From an uncultured Clostridia bacterium (lineage in GTDB: Bacteria > Bacillota > Clostridia > Oscillospirales > QAKW01), in assembly GCA_944385895.1 (NCBI GenBank), contig CALWYZ010000005.1, positions 55,602 through 119,601 of the forward strand: 64,000 bases of DNA, in the 5' to 3' direction. The notes below the pieces were generated by a model that saw only the letters and a program-made list of their open reading frames with translations, was not told the DNA's origin and searched no databases. Below, piece after piece: positions 59,029-64,000 of the stretch. Numbering within the stretch: position 1 is the stretch's first letter; each line of letters begins with the position of its first letter. The position numbers and the translations under genes were made by a program.

Positions 59029-59058
59029 TTGACTTTTTAAGCGAAGCAGGGGTATAAT
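59029..59058 (+). promoter_or_regulatory. Sigma-A-type promoter candidate for fba
   Basis: TTGACT, 18 nt, TATAAT. Confidence 0.5.
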
Positions 59059-59090
59059 ATTATGGAAAATAAAAACGGAGGAATGTTATC

Positions 59091-59954
59091 ATGTTAGTTT
59101 CTGCAAAAGATATGATTAAAAAAGCTTATGACGGACACTATGCAGTCGGTCAGTTCAACATCAACAATCTTGAATGGACAAAAGCAATACTTCAGACAGC
59201 ACAGGAAAACGGATCTCCTGTAATTCTCGGAGTTTCCGAAGGCGCGGGAAAATACATGTGCGGATACAACACCGTTGTCGGAATGGTAAATGGTATGATG
59301 GATACTCTCGGCATTACCGTACCTGTTGCTCTGCACCTTGATCACGGTTCTTACGAAGGCGCAAAAGCAGTTATCAGAGACGGATTTTCTTCTGTAATGT
59401 TTGACGGTTCACACTATAGTATCGAGGAAAATATTGAAAAAACAAAAGAAATCATTGCGCTTGCCGCCCAGAAAGGACTTTCTGTTGAAGCGGAAGTAGG
59501 TGCTATAGGCGGTGAAGAAGACGGTGTTGTCGGCAAAGGTGAGGTGGCAGATGCTGACGAGTGCAAGCTCATTGCGGATCTTGGAGTTACAATGTTGGCT
59601 GCCGGTATAGGTAATATTCATGGCAAATATCCTGCAAACTGGGCAGGGCTTGACTTTGATGCTCTAAAGCTCATCTCCGAAAAAACAAACGGCATGCCGC
59701 TTGTGCTTCACGGCGGTACCGGTATACCGGCGGACATGATCAAAAAGGCTATTTCTATGGGCGTTGCAAAAATAAATGTAAACACTGAGTGTCAGCTTGC
59801 TTTTGCAGAAGCTACGAGAAAATATATAGAAGCAGGCAAAGACCTTGAGGGTAAAGGATTTGACCCCAGAAAGCTTCTCGCTCCGGGTTTTGAAGCAATA
59901 AAAGCTACAGTCAAAGAAAAAATGGAGCTTTTCGGTTCAATAAACCGCGCTTAA
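59091..59954 (+). CDS. fba: Class II fructose-1,6-bisphosphate aldolase
   Basis: 287 aa, ...YAVGQFNINNLEWTKAILQTAQENGSPVILGVSEGA...LHLDHG...LVLHGGTG... Confidence 0.95.
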   Translation: MLVSAKDMIKKAYDGHYAVGQFNINNLEWTKAILQTAQENGSPVILGVSEGAGKYMCGYNTVVGMVNGMMDTLGITVPVALHLDHGSYEGAKAVIRDGFSSVMFDGSHYSIEENIEKTKEIIALAAQKGLSVEAEVGAIGGEEDGVVGKGEVADADECKLIADLGVTMLAAGIGNIHGKYPANWAGLDFDALKLISEKTNGMPLVLHGGTGIPADMIKKAISMGVAKINVNTECQLAFAEATRKYIEAGKDLEGKGFDPRKLLAPGFEAIKATVKEKMELFGSINRA

Positions 59955-60004
59955 GACTGCGGTTGAGTCCGGCTGCTTTCAGTCGGCACTTCTAATAAAA
60001 AGCA

Positions 60005-60036
60005 AGGACACCGCAGTATTTATATTGCGGTGTCCT
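60005..60036 (+). terminator. Hairpin after fba
   Basis: aggacaccgc / gcggtgtcct 10-bp stem; weak T tail. Confidence 0.6.
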
Positions 60037-60068
60037 GTTAATTTGAAGATATTTTTTGTAGGTGCGCT

Positions 60069-60779
60069 ATGAATACAACTAACAAATATCTTGCCTGCGA
60101 ACATAAGATGATTTTTGCACTTCTTATGATAAGCGCAGGCATGATGGGCGGATATACCTATACCGTGCGCGGAGGAGTATTCTGCAATGCCCAGACGGCA
60201 AATGTGGTTTTAATGTCAATTGCATTCGGACAGGGCAGATTTTCAGACGGGATATATTTTCTTATACCTATATTTGCATATATGTTCGGGGCTTTTATTT
60301 CAGAAGCTCTTCCCTCTCCTGTAAAAAAACTTGGTTTTCTGAGGTGGGATACATACCTTGTAATTTTTGAGACCTTTATACTGTTTATTATAGGATTCAT
60401 ACCCCAAAGCGCTCCGCATCAGATAACTCAGGTCATAATCAATTTTATTGCCTCCATGCAGTACAACACTTTCAGGCGAGCGGAAGGCGTGCCGATGGCG
60501 ACGACATTCTGCACAAACCATATACGCCAGGTAGGAGTTGCGGCGGCAAAGGTCCTGCGCAAAAAGGACAGGGAAGCTTTGTTAAGAGGTCTGACGCATC
60601 TGGGCATGATATGCTGCTTCTTTGCTGGCGGTACGGCTGTTGCCGTAATCAGCAATTATATCCCCGAAAAATCAATTTGGCTTGCAGTGATTCCGATGCT
60701 CATAGTATTGGCAAAACTCGTATATGCAGATACCAAAAGCGAGCATGACCTGCTTGGCTGTACACCCGAAGGACATTAA
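60069..60779 (+). CDS. YoaK/DUF1275-family membrane protein
   Basis: 236 aa, ...LLMISAGMMGGYTYTVRGGVFCNAQTANVV... Confidence 0.8.
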   Translation: MNTTNKYLACEHKMIFALLMISAGMMGGYTYTVRGGVFCNAQTANVVLMSIAFGQGRFSDGIYFLIPIFAYMFGAFISEALPSPVKKLGFLRWDTYLVIFETFILFIIGFIPQSAPHQITQVIINFIASMQYNTFRRAEGVPMATTFCTNHIRQVGVAAAKVLRKKDREALLRGLTHLGMICCFFAGGTAVAVISNYIPEKSIWLAVIPMLIVLAKLVYADTKSEHDLLGCTPEGH

Positions 60780-60875
60780 ACAGATATAAGAAATACGGCT
60801 TTTCACAGGTGCTTTAAAATCAGAGAGGGACGGTTTTGGGCAAGTCCCATAAGGAAGTATTTTCTATGTAAGGTT

Positions 60876-60903
60876 CGGTGCAATCTCTAAAGAGGTTGCA
60901 CCG
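60876..60903 (+). terminator. Hairpin with T-rich tail, 8 nt from the recombinase stop codon
   Basis: cggtgcaatctct / agaggttgcaccg (13 bp, one mismatch) followed on the plus strand by tttctttatt. Shaped as a plus-strand terminator (read-through from yoaK). Confidence 0.6.
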
Positions 60904-60911
60904 TTTCTTTA

Positions 60912-62642
60912 TTATGCTGCAAAACGATATTCGTGTGGATTTTTACGGATTTCTTCCATCATTATAATGATTTCATCTTCGGTTGGGATTTTAAACATTC
61001 CTACCGCTGTAAAGTAAATATCCACTTTTACATAACAATGACCGCTTGATTTATCGTTGTTGTGAACTTCAATGCGCTCAATTAGAGAATTGATCAGAGT
61101 CGGTGTTAGTTCCTTAATATCCGTCATTTCACGAAAGGTACGGAGCAGCAATCTCAAATCAAGACTTTTTTGTTCGGCTTTGTCTAAAACGGCTTGAGCT
61201 TCGGATACAGTAATTGCAAGTTCTTTTTGTTCTTTTTCATATTTTGAAACTCGTCTTTCGTAAACATCATCTGATAATCTTCCAAAAGTATTATCCTCGT
61301 AAAGCTTATCCATCAAGCGTTCCAATTCTTCAAGTCTTCGCTTGCCGTATTCAACCGTTTCCTGCATTTTTTTAAATTCAGCTTTGCGAATCGCCTTGTT
61401 TTTCATTGCCATCATATAAAGAAAGACGGGTTCATGACAGCGAACAAAATCAGCAAAGTCGCTGATAGCTTCCATTACAATTTTTTCAAGTACTACATTT
61501 CGAATATAGTGAACTTTACAAGTACCTCTGCCAGATCTATAGTTGGAGCAACAATAAAATTCTTGATTTGTATTCAAACTTTTAGCAGAGCAAAAATAAA
61601 GTTTCGCACCACAATCAGGACAAAAAACAAGACCTGAAAATAGACTTTGCCGTCCTGTCGCAGTAGGACGGCGTTTATTTTTGCGAAGTTCTTGTACCCT
61701 TAGCCAATCCTCCTCCGGTATAATCGGTTCCTGCATATTAGGAATAACTTGTTGCTCTTCAATAGGGTTATAAATGACCTTGTGAACCTTGTAACTGACA
61801 GTAGTGGATTTGAAATTTACCGCACATCCCGTATATTGTCTATTTTCAAGAATGTGCACTATAGTTTTCTGATCCCACGCACACGGATTTAGCGGTATCT
61901 TTTGAGAGTGTTTTCTACCTACAGATTCATAATAAGCAGATGGAATTAAAATATTTTCTTTTTCCAACTGTCTTGCGATTTGTGACGGTCCTCTTCCGCC
62001 AAGCGCTAAAGCAAATATTTTACGCACAATTTGTGCGGCAGGTTCATCAATTAACCACTGCTCCCGATTTTCAGGATCTTTCACATATCCAAAAGGAACA
62101 GATGATGAAACACGCTTTCCGTTATCTGCTTTGGACTGCCATACAGCACGAATTTTCTTACTTGTCTGAGCTGCATACCATTCGTTAAAAATATTGTAAA
62201 ACGGCAGCATTTCCATCCCTTCACCTGTAGTGCTGTTGACATTCTCCTGAATGGAGATAAAGGTAATGCCAAGTGAAGGATAAACGATTTATGTCAGTCT
62301 GCCGGCTTCGACCTGTTCACGACCAAAGCGAGACAAATCTTTCACGATGATTCTGCTGATTTCTCCGTTTTCAGCCATTCTCTGCATACGCTGAAAAGCT
62401 TCTCGATCAAATCGAGTTCCCGAAATCCCATCATCCACGAAGAACATTGTATTCTTGTAACTGTGTTTTTTGGCATAATCAAGTAAAATCTGTTTTTGAT
62501 TCGTAATTGAATTTGATTCATCAATCTCGCCTTTCTTTTTGTCATGATCTTTCATGTCCTCAACAGATAAACGACAATATAGGGCGGTGATCAATTCATC
62601 AGGATTTGCAATTTGTCCCTTGTTTTTATTTTTAGTTGTCAT
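60912..62642 (-). pseudogene. Large serine recombinase (TnpX/TndX-like) interrupted by one in-frame TAA at 62289-62291
   Basis: N-terminal resolvase domain (ITALYCRLSVEDM..., IVKDLSRFGREQVEAGRLT*). Same-frame continuation IVYPSLGITFISIQENVNSTTGEGMEMLPFYNIFNEWYAAQTSKKIR..., then recombinase domain, Cys-rich zinc ribbon (CPDCG...CCSNYRSGRGTCKVH) and coiled coil. Start ATG 62642 (RBS AAAGGAG). Confidence 0.85.
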
Positions 62643-62726
62643 AATATTTTTCTCCTTTCTGACAACCGGACACTGCAAAGGCATTTTTATTTTACAGTGT
62701 TCGGTTATCTTTTTTCTATTGTGTGG

Positions 62727-62966
62727 TTAAATTAAATTTTCAGAAAGAATCAATTTTTTGAATTGTTCCATAACGCTTTGTGTTCCTTTTGGATTAAAAT
62801 GAGTAGATACTTCGTAAATTGTACCTCCAATTTTGGTTTTGAAAGTACCTTCGCCAAATTTGCAAGCGTCTTCATAATTTAAGATTTTTCCATTTTTACA
62901 GGGAATAAAGTAATCTGCAATGCAGGCAGTCTCATTATTAGAATGAATATCTATTTTTTTAGTCAT
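62727..62966 (-). CDS. TnpW-like small transposon-encoded protein
   Basis: 79 aa; ...TFKTKIGGTIYEVSTHFNPKGTQSVMEQFKKLI matches the IG.T.Y.VS..F pattern of TnpW-family proteins (recollection). Confidence 0.6.
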   Translation of the reverse strand: MTKKIDIHSNNETACIADYFIPCKNGKILNYEDACKFGEGTFKTKIGGTIYEVSTHFNPKGTQSVMEQFKKLILSENLI

Positions 62967-62977
62967 AAAAATTCTCC

Positions 62978-63835
62978 TTATCTTGAATCTCTGTCACGCA
63001 GCCGTTTTCGATGGTACGCTTCACAGAGTTTTACAATGGTTTCTTCCATTTGAGTAGTGGTATAGTCTTTCGGGAAATATTTGCGAATGCGCTCAACAGG
63101 AATTTTCACACGCTCTTTCTGATTGGCTTTTTCTTCGCTCATAATGGCGGATAACTGTTCTTTCGTGAATAACCCCTGTATACTGAGAGCCTTTAAACGC
63201 TGTGCCTGAGATAAATTAGGCGTACAGTCGCCGTACTCCATTTCCGACAACAGCATTCTCTGTTCTTCGGGGAGCAGATAGGATAGCTCGACAGCAGGAG
63301 TGAAAGCAATTCTTTTCTCATCAACCATATCCAAAATAGGCGGGATAAGGTTAGTGAGACGGATATAGCGACGAATTTGATTTTTACTTTCATCTGCTTG
63401 TTGCCCTATGATTTCAGCGGTTTCCAACTTCCGCCCAACTTGGTCGGAAGTTAAATCTGTCCTCTTGCCTTGCCGTGATAGTGCTTCCATTTTCAGCTTG
63501 TATGCAAAGGCTTTTTCCGATGGTAAAATATGTTCTCGGTGCAGATTGCTGTCTACCACCGCAATAGCGGCTTCATCACGATCAAGAGGAACAATTAAGG
63601 CAGGGACTTCTTTCATCCCTGCCTTAACTGCTGCACGGAACCGTCTGTGCCCCGATACAATTTCATATTCATCTTCGGTGTTTTCTTTTGGTCGGACAAT
63701 TAACGGAGACAAAATACCTTGCTCCTGAATACTCTCGATCAACGCGTTCATTTCTTCGTTGTCCTGAACCTTAAAAGGATGTCCCTCAAAGGGGAATAGT
63801 TTTTCTATTGCAATATTTTTCGGTGTGTTTTTCAT
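62978..63835 (-). CDS. ParB/Srx-fold (ParB N-terminal domain) protein of mobile elements
   Basis: 285 aa, ...LSPLIVRPKENTEDEYEIVSGHRRFRAAVKAGMKEVPALIV... Confidence 0.85.
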   Translation of the reverse strand: MKNTPKNIAIEKLFPFEGHPFKVQDNEEMNALIESIQEQGILSPLIVRPKENTEDEYEIVSGHRRFRAAVKAGMKEVPALIVPLDRDEAAIAVVDSNLHREHILPSEKAFAYKLKMEALSRQGKRTDLTSDQVGRKLETAEIIGQQADESKNQIRRYIRLTNLIPPILDMVDEKRIAFTPAVELSYLLPEEQRMLLSEMEYGDCTPNLSQAQRLKALSIQGLFTKEQLSAIMSEEKANQKERVKIPVERIRKYFPKDYTTTQMEETIVKLCEAYHRKRLRDRDSR

Positions 63836-64000
63836 CGTTCATAATTCCTTTCTCTATTTTTGGTTTTTACTTGTATTTCCATAGCACGCTCGGTTTCAAG
63901 CAATTTCAAGATATGCGGATACCGCTCGGTGATGGATTGTGCGGTTTTGAGATCTTCACGCAAAGGTTTTAACTTTGCAGAGATTTTTTTTGCCGTTGTT
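63832..64000 (-). CDS. 3' end of an element-borne ORF (5' part outside window)
   Basis: Open frame to the window edge: ...KKISAKLKPLREDLKTAQSITERYPHILKLLETERAMEIQVKTKNRERNYER*. Its TGA overlaps the ParB-like ATG (ATGA coupling). Confidence 0.6.
   Translation of the reverse strand, partial: TTAKKISAKLKPLREDLKTAQSITERYPHILKLLETERAMEIQVKTKNRERNYER

Larger units (their letters stand above)
60906..64000. mobile_element. Terminal part of an integrated mobile element (serine-recombinase type; continues beyond the right edge)
   Basis: Contiguous minus-strand block: partial ORF, ParB-like, TnpW-like, large serine recombinase. The recombinase is the outermost gene, next to housekeeping yoaK/fba. Confidence 0.8.

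Noticed and set aside
62289-62291. TAA reassigned as a sense codon (alternative genetic code) to explain the recombinase interruption
   Set aside because: TAA terminates conserved genes at their expected ends in this window, for example rplV at 487-489 and the recombinase itself at 60912-60914. A standard code is far more likely.
1-64000. Searched by eye for CRISPR arrays, tRNA/rRNA genes, RNase P/tmRNA signatures, reverse transcriptases, cas genes, toxin-antitoxin pairs and defence-type ATPase/nuclease modules
   Set aside because: None seen. The only tandem repeats have two copies without spacers (22955-23028) or are in-frame coding repeats (25580-25689). A covariance-model scan would be needed to exclude small ncRNAs.

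Overview
This is a chromosomal window from a low-GC, endospore-forming Firmicute. The class Clostridia is inferred from gene content (spoIIR, spmAB, pdaA-like, abrB-like, SLH protein, V-type ATPase); no finer placement is possible from sequence alone. I support about 60 protein genes and found no rRNA, tRNA or CRISPR array.

Gene content, left to right:
- S10 ribosomal-protein operon on the minus strand (rpsC partial, rplV, rpsS, rplB, rplW, rplD, rplC, rpsJ).
- An unusually long (~970 bp) non-coding spacer.
- A 1151-aa SLH-anchored surface protein.
- An AsnC-type regulator, aminotransferase, ispE and spoIIR cluster.
- A plus-strand unit of about 10 kb: ACT/UPF0237 and UPF0210(DUF711), followed without a break by a complete V/A-type ATPase operon.
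- An accessory patch: membrane-tethered XRE regulator, TPR-LRR surface protein, DUF2508, acidic lipoprotein, membrane protein.
- A class A PBP.
- A degenerate MocR-type regulator divergent from a 4-TM protein.
- pduL, spmAB, an abrB-like gene and metG-tatD.
- An AraC regulator with a nagB / PIG-L deacetylase / phosphohexomutase operon.
- An amidase-like and pdaA-like pair, PiT, yloU/yloV homologues.
- hrcA-grpE-dnaK-dnaJ with a perfect CIRCE operator, then fba and yoaK.
- From about 60.9 kb to the right edge, the terminus of an integrated mobile element: ParB-like, TnpW-like, and a large serine recombinase broken by one in-frame TAA.

I do not see a self-evident, complete novel multi-gene system. 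There is no defence-type ATPase/nuclease module, reverse transcriptase, cas gene or toxin pair.

Strongest leads:
1. The nonsense-interrupted recombinase and the element whose cargo lies beyond the window.
2. The MocR-like regulator that lacks the PLP lysine.
3. The nagA-less amino-sugar operon.
4. The ACT/DUF711 pair fused to the V-ATPase operon, and the atypical c/K subunit.
5. Two apparently catalytically dead enzyme homologues (Amidase_3-like, DUF3810-like).
6. A hairpin-rich island in the spacer upstream of the S10 operon.

All family assignments come from motif recognition by eye, not from database searches.
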